The notes beneath the pieces are model-generated. The model saw nothing but the letters and a program-made list of their open reading frames with translations, did no database searches and was not told the DNA's origin. A stretch of 64,000 nucleotides of DNA from Octopus sinensis (taxonomy: Eukaryota), in assembly GCF_006345805.1 (NCBI RefSeq), contig NC_043022.1:22506001-22570000 (forward strand), given 5' to 3'. Positions 11,873-24,935 of the stretch are shown here, piece after piece (the stretch's first letter is position 1; each line of letters begins with the position of its first letter). Made by a program: the position numbers and the translations under genes.

Positions 11873-14649
11873 AGCCCAGATCTTACCTACTCCATTCCTT
11901 AACTCTTGTATTCTTATTTGCATACCTGGCAACGGGTTGCCAATCGTGAAATATTAAAAAAAAAAAAAATTCCAGCTTATTGTACTTCAATATGAACAAA
12001 TCCACAACCTTCTGCTTCAATAAGCCATTATTGTTCTTGAAAGTTGTTTTTTATATTTACTATGGATTGCTTGAAGCTAACTTTCCTCCTACACCTCGAT
12101 CCTTGGATCTTACATACATATATATATATATGACAGGCTTCTTGGCGTTTCCATCTACCAAATTCACTCAGAAGGCCCAAGGCTATAGTAGAAGACATTT
12201 GCCCAAGGTGCCATACAGTGAGACTGAACCTGGAACCATGTGGTTGAGAAGTAAACATCTTACTACACAGCTGCACTTGCGACCAATTGCATGCACATTC
12301 ACACACATATTTGTTGCGTATTTGAGGATCTGATGTGTCTGTCCATGTCAATCTGATGCTGTTAATAGGTCATCTACACTCATTTCTCTTTTTCTTAGTG
12401 ATTACAATTTTTTTTTGTTTTGTTTACATTCATATAAACTGTAATTGTGTTTGTGTCTATAGACACCTTCCCTGTGTGTATGTATATATGGGCATAAGAA
12501 AACACAAATAGTAAATATATTCATTTATAGGGACTCACACACTGATACAAAATGTATCCCTCCTTTTTTTATTATGGTAGGGTGTGTTTTGAGGGAGATT
12601 TGACTGCTATTTCTAGCCAATCAAGATGTGACTGATTCAGAAAAGTAGTCCTGCTTGCCAAACAATCTTAGAGATATTTAAGGCAGTCAGCCCTATGTAA
12701 AAGCTTGCTAAGGTATGCTGTGTTAAATTGTTTCACATTGACATTTGGTGTAGTGTTGTCTTCATACAAAGAATAGACTAGTATTTTTGATGTTTTGTTG
12801 TGCTTTGTTACGTTGAGAGGGGTCTTAATTTTCATCCCTTTGTTTACCGGAATAACTGGTCAAAATCCTTTCTTTGTGGTGATTTGTCTTTGTGGGGTTA
12901 CCACTCGGGTATTCTCTTGGCTATTTCATTGTTGGCCAGAGCTAGACCATCATTATCTTTTATCTTTTACTTGTTTCAGTCACATTGAATTTTTAGTCAA
13001 ATGATTTGACCTCGGTACTTTTACTTTTTAAGCCTTGTACTTATTCTATCAATCTCCTTTGCTGAACCACTAAATTACAGGGGCATAAACACACTAGCAC
13101 CAGTTAGCAACTGGTGGTGACACACATACACATACACACGATAGGCTTCTTTCAGTTTCTCTCTACCAATTCCACTCACAAGGCTTTGGTCAGCCTGAGG
13201 CTATAGTAAAAGACACTTGCCCAAGATGCCATGCTGTGGGACCGGATCTAGAACCATGTGGTTGGGAAGCAAGTTTCTTACTACACATCCATAAGTTACG
13301 GGGACATAAACAAACCAGCATTGGTTGACAAGTGATGTTGGGGGACAAACACAGGCACACACATATATATATACATATATATGACGGACATCTTTCAGTT
13401 TCCATCTACCAAATCCACCCACAAGGCTTTGGTTGGCCTGTGGCTATAGTAGAAGACACTTGCCCAAGGTGCCAATCAGTGGGACTGAACCCGGAACCAT
13501 GTGGTTGGTAAGCAAGCTAATTAGCACACAGCTGCTCCTATGCCTACAATACACAAAATATTTTAATTTCTTTTAATACAATTCTTAATAATTTTTTAGC
13601 CATTGTCCATATTTGTTATACCTTCAGAACTACAAGTAATGCAAACCATTTGCTTTGAATTAAATTTTGATGAACATATGCAAAAACTTACGCACATATA
13701 TACACTGGGGCCTTGATTTGGAAAACCTTGGGTTCTTGAAGAGTGTGGAACCACCTTTTAGCCACTATTGTTCCTTACTCTAACCCAGAGTAGTAGCACC
13801 TGCCAGGGTCCTAGCAATATGTTAATTAGCTTGTTATGGAAGAAACCCCGAGCACAAACCCTCAGTGCTTTATGAATGTCTTGGGAAAGGAAAGTCTGAG
13901 GGAGTCAACCTTGGCAGCAGATTAAGGAGTGGAGTGTTGGCAGTCTGGTACCCTCTTTAATACCCTTCTGGCAACTCCAGAGTAGTAGTAGTAGTTCCAC
14001 AGCCTTGTAAAACAATTCATTTAGGAAGGGGCCACACCAATGTAAAACCTAAAGCTTGCTGGTCATTGCAACTGTCTTAGCTCGCAGAGCCACTCTGGTT
14101 GAAAGGGTGGAATCGGATTGCATGGACTGACCTAAGTGCTGCAAGAGAAACCTTGCAGTGTCAGGGATTGGAATACATATCTACTTGGGGATGTGTCACT
14201 CTTCTTTATGTTCTGGCACAAAGAAACTGCCATCATCATATATAGCTTACATTTTATCAATGGCATTTTCCAGTGATACACTTTAGATAGTGTAGATTTG
14301 GGCTATCTTTTATCTTCTTTCAGTCATTTGACTGTGGCCATGCTGGGGCACTGCCCTGAAGAATTTTTTTAGTTAACATATCGATGACAGTACTTATTCT
14401 ATCTTCCTCTTGCTGTACCGCTAAGTTATGGGGACGTAAACACACCAACACCCATTGTCAAGCGGTGGTGCTAGAGACAAACACACATATATATATGATC
14501 GGCTTCTTTCAGTTTCGACTACCAAATCAACTCACAAAACTTTGGTCAGCCCGTGGCTATAGTAGGAGACATTTGTCCAAGGTGTCACACAGCGGGACTG
14601 AACTCGGAACATGTGGTTGGGAAGCAAGCTTCTTACCACACAGTCACGC

Positions 14650-16135
14650 CTTCGCCTATATATTCGAATTTGTAAAAACAAATACCAGAGGAGTGGAGAA
14701 GAGTTTCGGATAATTCACGCACTTTCTCAAAACTGGATATTTTATCATAAAATCTAATATAAATACGTTTCAGATTCTGTATGATGTGGAGGAAAAAAAA
14801 TTGACGATAGGGTCGGATAATTCACTCAATGACTTTGTCTCCACTTTCGTTTCCCCATTTTATACGATATATATATAATGAAATTAATGTATACAGTGCT
14901 CAGGTGATGAGGTGTGTGAATTATCGCGCCTCCCCACCCAACTTTTCTTTTCCCATCAATTTCCAATATAATCGTAGTCAACATCTGAAACTTGGGTGTT
15001 GAAAATTCTATTTAAAAATGTCCATTTTTCAGAAAGTTATGAGAAACAAAATCTTGGAGTAGTGTGGGATATTGCATACATCTATCTGTAGTTATGCTCG
15101 CTTACAATACAGCGTGAATCAGAAGTACTGAAATAGACTTAGATGTTAGAAAGCCTTAGCTGTGATAAAGAACTATATAAGAATGTAAGCGTATTTCTTC
15201 TATGCCTTTGATGTACGGAAAAAAGGAGTGCGGAGACTCCTGATATTCCCGTTCTTCAGAGAAGACATTTCTTCTTTAATCAGAAGGGAAGAAATTTAAA
15301 AGAAAGGAATACTTCATTTTATCGATCTTAAAAGGACGAAAGGCAAATATGACCTCGGCGACATTTGAATTTAGAAAGAGCTGCCCAGCGCCCTCACAGC
15401 CCTTTATATGGGGCGTAACTTCGGTATAAGTACTGGATACATTTCAAGAAAGTGTTTTTTTATTTTTTATATATGATGGGGTTAGGGTTAGGAGTGGGAG
15501 AAAAGGGTTACTGTTATCTTCAGAAATGTAAACAAAGCCACTTCCGGTACTTATACCGAAGGATCGCCTTATATAGATAGATATAATGGATGGGAAATAT
15601 ACGAGTGGAGTAAGCTAATACAAATTAAAGAGGAATAACTAAACAGAAAAAAGGACTTTTTCCTTGCTTTTCTCCACACGCACATGGATAGCCATAATTC
15701 GACGTCATTTGTATTCTTCACTTCCTGTCCTGTAAGGTTATCTCCCTTGCCTTCTCTATACTTCCTCTCTTCACTTCTTTCTCGGTGTCTTCCTCTCTTC
15801 ATCCCCCCTCTCTCTCTCTCTTTACTATACTATCCACCTCTAGTTTCCTCTCCCTCCGTTCTGCCTCTGTGCACGCGCTCTCCCTATATTCTCTCACGCT
15901 CTATTAAAAATTTGTCTGTCTCTCTCTCCCTCTCTCATTCTGCTTTTGTCGTTGTTTTATCAGGCCACAGTTATATCTGTTATGTCCACACTAAAAAAAT
16001 GAAAAGTTTATGGAGGAATATATGCGATGATTACACTAGAATTCGGCCGACTGTATAATTTTGTTATATTTGCTGAAGGAAAACAAACCCAAATAGTTTG
16101 AAACCTGTTTAGGTTCAGTCGTCGTCGTCGTCGTC
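14650..16135. promoter_or_regulatory. CpG-retaining promoter-like patch inside the large intron
   Basis: Visibly more CpG than the flanks (judged by eye). ETS-like CACTTCCGG (15539) and CACTTCCTG (15719), CRE-like GACGTCA (15701), then a pyrimidine-rich tract. Confidence 0.35.
15420..15560. mobile_element. Short inverted-repeat element with internal TTAGGG motif
   Basis: TTCGGTATAAGTAC ... GGGTTAGGGTTAGG ... GTACTTATACCGAA. Confidence 0.55.
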
Positions 16136-16368
16136 TTCTTCTTCTTCTTTTCTTCTTCTTTTCTTCTTCTTCTTCTCTTCTTCTTCTTCTTCTTCTTCTT
16201 CTTCTTCTTCTTCTTTCCTTCCTTCCTTCCTTCATCTCTTTCTTTCTTTTCTTTCTTTTCTTTTCTTCTCTTTTCTTTCTTTTCCTTTCTCTTCTTTCTT
16301 TTCCTTTTCTTTTCTTTTCTTTCCTTCCTTTCTTTCCTTCATTCCTTCATTCTTTCTTTCTCCTCCTC
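16118..16368. repeat. (GTC)n(CTT)n polypyrimidine tract
   Basis: Read directly from the sequence. Confidence 0.95.
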
Positions 16369-16804
16369 TGGGTTCAGTCCCACTGTGCGGCACCTTGGGC
16401 AAGTGCCTTCTACTATGACTTCAGGCTGACCAAAGTCTTGTGAGGGGATTTGGTAGATGGAAACTGAAAGAAGCATGAAATACATTTATAATGCTGCGTG
16501 TGTGTGTGTGTCTTCTACTGTCATACCATAGCAGTTCAGCAAAAGCAGACCAATAGAATAAGTACCAGGCTTCAGAAAAACATAAGTTCTGGAGTCGATT
16601 CGTTTGACTAAAAATTCTTCATTAGACTGCATGGCTAATGACTAATGGCTGAAAGAAGTAAAAGATAAAGTGCAAAAATACATTTCAGATGGTGCAGATT
16701 ACAACTCTGTCAGAATTTAATGGGTGGGGTTGGGGACTTCTGAGGCTATGGTGATGAGCTTTGGAAAATTCACATGTGTCAGCTTTGTTTCTTCATAGCT
16801 TTCA

Positions 16805-17192
16805 GGAATGGCTGGGTGGTAAGTAGCTTGCTTACGAACCGCATGGTTCCGGGTTCAGTCCCACTGCGTGGCACCTTGGGCAAGTGTCTTCTACTATAGC
16901 CTTGGGCCGACCAAAACCATGTGAGTGGATTTGGTAGACGGAAACTGAAAGAAGCCCGTCGTATATATGTATATGTGTGTGTGTGTGTGTTTGTGCGTGT
17001 GTGTGTCCCAACATCACTTGACATCGATGCTGGTGTGTTTACGTCCCCTTAACTTAGCAGTTCAGCATAAGAGACTGATAGAATAAGTACTAAGCTTACA
17101 AAGAATAAGTCCTGGGGTCGATTTGCTCGACTAAAGGCGGTGCTCCAGCATGGCCGCACTCAAAATGACTGAAAAGAATAAAAGAGAAAAGA
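16805..17192 (+). mobile_element. tRNA-derived SINE family A, full length
   Basis: A/B-box head (TGGCTG.GTGG, GGTTCAGTCCC), internal (TA/TG)n, tail CCAGCATGGCCGCA..TGACTGAAA. Other approximate copies: 3335-3726(-), 12950-13545(-), 14305-14658(-), 16368-16670(+), 26078-26342(-), 33040-33425(+), 36757-36990(+), 41879-42440(+), 44598-44902(+). Confidence 0.9.
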
Positions 17193-18134
17193 ATAATTGT
17201 AACCTAGATATCAAAAACAAAATTTCATCGGAAAATATACAAGAAAGTTCTGAGGAAACAGTTAGGTGAAGTTGTCAGCTAAACACTGGTTATGCTCTCG
17301 TATATACTTACATACAAACACATGTACAGAGAGAGAAAGAGGGAGAGGGGGTGATTCAGTCTATCCAAGATTATTAATACTAACTACTTGAATAAATACA
17401 AAAAAGAAAACTAGTTGGAATTGAATTCATAACTGTAAAGCTGGTGGCATGTAAAAAGCACCCACTACACTCTCGGAGTGGTTGGCATTAGGAAGGGCAT
17501 CCAGCTGTAGAAACTCTGCCAGATCAAGATTGGAGCCTGGTGCAGCCATCTGGTTCGTTAGTCCTCAGTCAAATCGTACAACCCATGTTAGCATGGAAAG
17601 CGAGAGCTAAACGATGATGAGGCGAGCAGGCAGAATCGTTAGCACACCGGGCGAAATGCTTATCGGTATTTCGTCTGCCGCTACGTTCTGAGTTCAAATT
17701 CTGCCGAGGTCGACTTTGCTTTTCATCCTTTCGGGATCGATTAAATAAGTACCAGTTACGTACTGGGGTCGATATAATTGACTTAATCTGTTTGTCTGTC
17801 ATTGTTTGTCCTCTCTGTGTTTAGCCCCTTGTGGGTAGTAAAGAAAGAGATGATGATGATGGTGATGAAAGGTACCAAACTTGACGGTTTTACTGCCATG
17901 ATCATCTCTGTAACATCTTTGCTTATAATGAGATGTTAGAAATATTTTTCAAGACCTGCTCATCACAACAGAATTAAAATCCTAATGTAAAAAGCATTGC
18001 TGTTGGGTGCTGGTGCCATGTAAAAAGTACTCAGTACAATCTGTAAAGTGGTCAGTGCAGCCCCTGGCCTTGCCAATTTCTGTCAAGTGGTCCAAACCAT
18101 GCCAGCGTAGAAAATGGACTTCAAATATTGATGA

Positions 18135-18499
18135 CTAGCACTATGACCCCGCAACGCCGGGTCATAGTGCTAGTGCATGCATATACAGCTGCGTGCGTGC
18201 ACACATACACGTGAGTACTGTCCAAATCTCCGACCAATCACATACAGCTAGCTGGCATTCAATTGGTGTATCAAGTTTCGGGCATTTTGATTGGGTTTTG
18301 GATAGAAAATTCACAAAAAAGTCACTTCTATTGATTTTTTAATGGCTTTGGTGGGGTTACTGGGGAAATGTAAAGATGTGCACGACCACCCTTGGACGGT
18401 TTTGAATGACCATAGAAAGTGTGAGCCCTCTAACTGAAAAATTGTGGATTTGTATAAAGGACACGCACGCAGACAATTTGCCGTTTATATATATAGAGA
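18135..18499 (-). mobile_element. Non-autonomous Helitron, complete
   Basis: Minus strand starts A|TCTCTATATAT and ends with hairpin ACTAGCACTATGACCC..GGGTCATAGTG plus CTAG|T. A second copy lies at 26812. Confidence 0.75.
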
Positions 18500-18500
18500 T

Positions 18501-18502
<2 letters not shown>

Positions 18503-18588
<86 letters not shown>

Positions 18589-18603
18589 TCTCTCTCTCTC
18601 TCA

Positions 18604-18654
<51 letters not shown>
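18503..18654. repeat. (CT)n(CA)n microsatellite
   Basis: Read directly from the sequence. Confidence 0.97.
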
Positions 18655-18657
<3 letters not shown>

Positions 18658-19299
18658 GCCTCTCTCATGAGCTGTGATGATTTTGCCTCTCCTATCGGCA
18701 TTACCAAGGTAAGTGGAGCAGACAAGTTATTGGAGCTACACAATTCAACAGATTGTTATTATTCAAACTGCTAGAAATAACAACCAAATTTCTCAGAGAA
18801 TCATTACATGGAAGTATACATTGGATAATCTAATCAGGTGGTGGGGGATGATATGATGGTTATGACTGGAATACCTTTCTGTATATGTTTGCTTTTTTTA
18901 GGGCCAACCTAGGGCTAAATAACAACACCTGTGTTCAATACATGGTCCCTGTTCACTGTAACCTGATTATATCACCACCTCATAGAATGATGACCAGTAT
19001 TCAGTTATTTCTTTACCTTTTATTTCAAATATTGCAAGATCTTTTCTTCTGCCTTTTGACCAGCATTCTCTCCCCTACACATATGTTGGTATCTTGCCAA
19101 AATTCTCTCTCTCTCTCTCTCACCAGTTCTTTATTACTCTTACTTTCTGTTCATGCTTGTCTAACCCTGTTGCACATCCCATTTTCTTGGATCATCTCTT
19201 ATTCTCGCTGTCATTCTATGCCCCATAGGAACAAATGAGACAACGGACATGGTAAGTCATTAGTATATGGTGTTTATTTAACAGTAATATGAATTGTGT

Positions 19300-19688
19300 A
19301 GTCGCAGGAGTGGCTGTGAGGTAAGTAGCTTGCTTACCAACCACATGGTCTTGGGTTCAGTCCTACTGCATGGCCTCTTGGGCAAGTGTCTTCTACTATA
19401 GCCTTGTGAGTGGATTTGGTAGATGAAAACTGAAAGAAGCCTGTTGTATATATGTATATATATATATGAATGTATGTATGTTTGTATGTCTGTATTTGTT
19501 CTCCCAACATCGCTTGACAACCGATGGTAGTGTATTTACGCCCCCATAACTTTGTGGATCGGCATAAGAGATCGATAGAATAAGTACTAGGCTAACAAAG
19601 AATAAGTCCTGGGGTTGATTTGTTCGACTAAAGGCGGTGCTCCAGCATGGCCACAGTCAAGTGAGTGAAACAAATAAAAGAGTGAAAG
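19300..19688 (+). mobile_element. SINE family A
   Basis: Full-length match to family A. Confidence 0.9.
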
Positions 19689-19699
19689 ATATATATATA

Positions 19700-20966
19700 T
19701 AAGGTCACCCCATAAATAATGTGGTTTTTTTCAATTAAACTAAAAGTAGCAGGGGGACCGGATAAACAACCTGCATCAATTTGCTATAAAAGCAGGTAGT
19801 AATTTTACCTTGTCCTTATTTTTAGTGCAAGTTTTGAAGAGTACAGTTCAATTTTAACAGTTATTTTTCTCAAAGCTATAATCAAAGTGACAAAGGAGCA
19901 TATTCAAAATATTTTGCTTTATGAGTTCAATAAAAGCAACAATGCAACAGAAAGTGCGAGGAATATTAATGCAGTATATGGGGAATGGACAATAAGCATA
20001 AGCCAGTGTCAACAGTGGTTCCAGAAATTCTGAGCTAGAAACTACAGCGCAGAAGACAAGCCTCATTCTGGAAGATCTGTAGAGCTCAATGAGGGTGTCC
20101 TGCAAACCCTGGTAGAAGAAAAATCCCATCGTAACTGTTGAGGAACTAGCAGAGAAACGTGGATTTGGTCATTCAACCATTCATCAACACCTGCAAGCCA
20201 TTGGAAATGTCAGCAAACTGGGTCAGTGGGTTCCTTGCAAACTTTCCGAGTCTAATTGCGCGCAGGGAGTGAATGTGTGCTCTTTGCTGCCACATCTCAC
20301 GAATTAACCTTTTTTTGGACCAAATGGTGACTGGTGGCAAGAAATGGGTTCTCTATAAAAATGTTAAGTGCTGAAGACAGTAGGTAGGGAAAGGAGAAAC
20401 ACTGGCACGCCAGGCTAAAGAAGGTCTTCACTCATGTAAGGTGTTATCTGTTTGGTGAGATACGAAAGGTTTAGTTCACTTTGAACTTTGAACTTTTAAA
20501 CCCAAACCCAAATGATAACAAAGGAGATCTACTGCAAGCAGCTTGAGCGGCTTAAGTCAGTGCTAGAAGAAAAATGACCATCTTTGGTTTCCATCAGGAT
20601 AATGCTTGATCACATACAGCGAAGATGACCTTCCAAAGGCTGGAGCAGTTTGAATGCAAAACGATGCTCCACCAACCGTATTCGCTGGACATTGCTTCAT
20701 CTGATTATCATTAATTCCACAGTCTTCAAAATAATTTGGATAGAAAAAGTATGAATTCTGTAGACAAGGTCAGAAGAGTACTGGAGGTGTATTTTTTGCC
20801 ATGGATAAATGAATTTTGGAAGAGGGGCCTTGCAAGTCTCCCAGATAGATGGAAGAGTATTGCAGAAAATGAAGGAGTGTATATTTCAGATTAAAAAAGA
20901 ACTTTATCTTAATTTTGAAAAATAAAAGAAGTATAAATAAACTGCATTATCTATGGGATGACTCTA
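19700..20966 (+). mobile_element. Near full-length decayed mariner (DD34D) transposon
   Basis: Imperfect TIRs TAAGGTCACCCCATAAATAATG / CATTATCTATGGGATGACTCTA in TA context, about 1.27 kb. Broken transposase motifs: ILLYEFNK..NATESARNINAVYG, WVP, VTGGKKW (TGDEKW), HQDNA, PYSLDIASSDY (YSPDLAPSDY). Confidence 0.9.
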
Positions 20967-22339
20967 TATATATATAGATAGATATAAAAACACACACACA
21001 CAATTTGAAATCTACACTCCTGACAATATTCATTATCCAGAGAAGTGAACCCAGATTTACCTGTTCAGAGTAATTTCAGTGGGATTGCTAATACTAAGTG
21101 ATCATTGATGCTTATTACTACTTGATGTGATTAGCCATAACCTGGAACATACCTGAGAGCTATCCGGATACCTGCCTAGATAATTTATTCCCATACACTC
21201 ATCTTGTATATATATATTTGGATATACAAACAAGAGGAACAATCTTCAGTTTATTTAGAGTTTATTCAAAACTGAAGCATTACTATGTTGTTCTTCTAAA
21301 TTTCTCAAAGCATTCGTAATGGGACACTTGTGATGATGAAGTGAAGCCTGAACTGGAACAATGAATGCTAATAATACAGATGGTACTGGACAGCAAAAGT
21401 TATTTAAACTAGCCATGTCTGGCCTAAATAGTCTACCCGTTTTATGTTCAAACTGGTTAGATGTTGCCTCTCATGCAAACCCTATAATATCATTGTAAAA
21501 ATTTACAATTAACTTGCCAAAATCTCATAGTTATAAGAAAATGCATGATTAATTCATGACAACATCATCATCATCATCATCGTTTAACGTCCGTTCTCCT
21601 TGCTAGCATTGGTTGGACGGTTCGACCGGGGATCTGGGAAGCCAGAAGGCTGCACCAGGCTCCAGTCTGATCTGGCAGTGTTTCTACAGCTGGATGCCCT
21701 TCCTAATGCCAGCCACTCCGTGAGTGTAGTGGGTGCTTTTTGCATACCAGGGAAGGCTGGCAATGGCCACGATCGGATTGGTGCTTTTTACGTGTCACCG
21801 GCACAGAAGCCAGTCAAAACGGTGCTGGCATCGGCCACGTTCGGATGGCGCTTTTTACGTGTCACCGGCACGGAAGCCAGTCTAGGCGGCACTGGCAACA
21901 TGAATAAATAATCATTACATTTGAATCTGAATTCTAAAGAGTTAATGGATTGAAGAAGAAACAGATGTTATTACCAGGAACATTGCCCCAACCATAGCAA
22001 AATTGGAAACTCATTTTCCCATGATGTGACACATGTACCATTGCAGGAGAAATCAATAACTCACCCACGTTATGGCATATTCTGCTTTTAGTTTTTGTTT
22101 CAAATCTTATGGTTCTCAGTCTGAAAATGCTAGGGACATTTGGTTGCTTCATTGACACAGGTCAGTCTGTTGGATAACATCCTCCTTTTGTTTGTTCATG
22201 CTTCATTGAGCAGATCAGTTTACATCTCCTTTAATTCATCATCAACCCCAATAATGTTACTGGTATTTTATTTTATTGATCTAGAAAGGTGGGATTTGAA
22301 CTCAAAATAAATACTGCAAAACAACAACACAGATAATAA

Positions 22340-24290
22340 GGGTTTCAAGTATTGGCACAAGGCTGAAATTTGTGGGAGGAGGACTAGTCGATAACATTGA
22401 CCCCAGTGCTCAACTGATACTTATTTCCTCGACCCTGAAAGGATGAAAGGCAAACTTGATCTTAGTGGAATTTGAACTCAGTATGTAAAGACGGACCAAA
22501 AGCCACTAAGCATTTTGCCTGGTATGCTAATGATTCTGCCAGCTTACTGCCTTATTATAATAATACATTCTACTATAGGCACAAGGCCTGAGATAGGAGG
22601 GGACTAGTTGATTACATCGAATAAGCACGTAATTGGTACTTATTTCTTCAACCCTAAAAGGATGAAAGGCAAAGTTGAACTTGGAGCATAGTGACAGACA
22701 AAACGCCATGCTAATGATTCTGCCAGCTTGCCACCTTATGAGAATAATAATAATAATAATCCTAAAGGCATAAGGCCTGAAATTTTGTGGGAGGGGACTG
22801 GTTGATTATATTGTTCCCAGAATTTTACTGATACTTAATTTATCGACTCCGAAAGGATGAAAGGCAAAGTTGATCTTGGTGGAATTTGAACTCAGAACGT
22901 TGTGACAGACAAAATAGTGCTAAGCATTTCATCTGGCATAATAATAATAATCCTAAAGTCATAAGGCCTAGAATTTTGTGGGACGTACTAGTCAATTACA
23001 TTGATCCCAGAATTTCACTGGTACTTAATTTATCATTTCTGAAAGGATGAAAGGCAAGGTCGACCGTGGCCGAATTTGAACTCAGAACGTAATGACAGAT
23101 GAAATACCATTAAGCATTTTGTGTGGCATGTTAATGATCCTGCCAGCTTGCCACCTTATGATAATAATAGTAATAATAATAATAATAATAATAATAGTAA
23201 TAATAATCCTTTCTACTAAATGCACAAGGCCTGAAATTTTTGGAGAAGGGACATGACTAGTCGATTACATTGATCCCAGAATTTCACTGGTACTTAGTTT
23301 ATTGACCCCGAAAGGATGAAAGGCAAAGTCGACCTTGGCAGAATTTGAACTCGGAATGTAGTGACAGATGAAATACTGCTAAGCATTTTGCCTGATGTGC
23401 TATTCATTCTGCCAGCTCTTGGCTTTAATAATAATAGTAATAATAATAATAATAATCTTTTCTACTCTAGGCACAAGGCCTGAAATTTTTTGAGAGGGGA
23501 CTAGTCAATTAGATCGACCTCAATATTCAACTGGTACTCAATTTATTGACCCTGAAAGGATGAAAGGCAAATCTGAACTCAGAATGTAAAGATGGATGAA
23601 ATCTTACCTGATGTTCCATTGATTCTGCCATGTTATCGTCTTAATAATAATAATGATAATAATAATGAGTTTCGAATTTTTCCATGAGGGCAGCAGTTTT
23701 GAGGGAGGGGATGAATCGATTACATTGACTCTAGTATTCAACTGGTACCTATTTTATCGACTCTGAAAAGATGAAAGGTAAAGTCGACCTTGGTGGAATT
23801 TGAACTCAGAATGTAGCGATGGGTGGAATACTGCTAAACATTTCATCCAGTGCGCTAATGATTCTGCCAGCTCACCACCTTAATAATAATGATAATAATA
23901 ATAATAATAATCCTTTCTGCTATAGGCACAAGGCCTCTAGGTTCAGGGAGGAGGTTAGTTGATTACATCAGCCTCAGTGCTTAACCGGTGCTTACTTTAT
24001 CGACCCCGAAAGGATGAAAGGCAAAGTTGACTTCAGCAGAATTTGAACTTGGAACATTTAAATGGACAAAAAGCTGTTAGGCATTTTCCCCAGCATGGTA
24101 ATGATTCTCCCTGCTTGCTGCCTTAAATAATAATAACTGCATCTAATTTAGGTACGAGGTTGGCAATTTTGAGGGGGGAAGGTTAGTTGATACTAATGAC
24201 CTCAGTACTTGACTGGTATTTTATTTTATTGACCCTGAAAGGATGAAAGGCAAAGTTGAACCCAGAAGGATTTGAACTCAGAACAAACGG
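22340..24290 (-). repeat. Head-to-tail array of about 9 SINE-B-type units separated by (AAT)n
   Basis: The GAAAGGATGAAAGGCAAAG core recurs near 22440, 22660, 22855, 23041, 23311, 23555, 23765, 24008 and 24238. Confidence 0.88.
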
Positions 24291-24706
24291 AATTGAATCG
24301 AAATACTGGGCTTTATGATTTATCCAATCCGCTGCAGTATTTATGTCCATTTTTTTGGAAATTTACCTAAAATTTATAAGATTTCAATCATCATCATCAT
24401 CGTTTAACGTCTGTTTTCCGTGCTAGCATGGGTTGGATGGTTCGACCGGGGTCTGAGAAGCCAGGAGGCTGAACCAGGCTCCAGTCTGATCTGGCAGTGT
24501 TTCTACAGCTGGATGCCCTTCCTAACACCAACCACTCCGTAAGTGTAGTGGGTGCTTTTTATGTACCACCGGCACAGGTGCCAGGGGAGGCTGGCAGTGG
24601 CCACAATCGTTAACATAGATGTATTAAAATACAGTGATAGAGGCTTTGACAATGATAAGAAAATGTTAAGAGTGGCTTTGTGTTTAAACAGTTTACATAA
24701 AAGTGT

Positions 24707-24935
24707 TTAACCCTTTAGCATTTAAACCAGCCATATCTGGCCAAAAGTATTCTGCCTGTTTTATGTTCAAACTGGCCAGATCTGGTCTCTCACACCAACC
24801 CTACAATATCGTTTTAAAAATTAACAGCTACCTCATTAAAATCTCATAGCTACAAGATAATGCAGGATTAGCTCAAATCAATGTAGATGAAAAAGCATTA
24901 ATTTTGGCAGAATAATGCAAACACTAAAGGGTTAA
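24707..24935 (-). mobile_element. TTAA MITE, same family, reverse orientation
   Basis: TTAACCCTTTAGCATT ... CACTAAAGGGTTAA. Confidence 0.8.

Noticed and set aside
15478-15492. TTAGGG telomere-like repeats
   Set aside because: Only about two units, internal to a short inverted-repeat element.
21255-22120. Phase-compatible minus-strand exon candidates (22120-22065 and 21385-21255, PSVLLAFIVPVQASLHHHKCPITNALRNLEEQ)
   Set aside because: Splice sites are plausible, but there is only a vague resemblance to PRA1-family C-termini and no start or further exons. Not supportable without RNA data.
22340-24290. CRISPR-like periodicity
   Set aside because: Eukaryotic context. The whole unit of about 200 nt is homologous, with no unique spacers and no cas genes.
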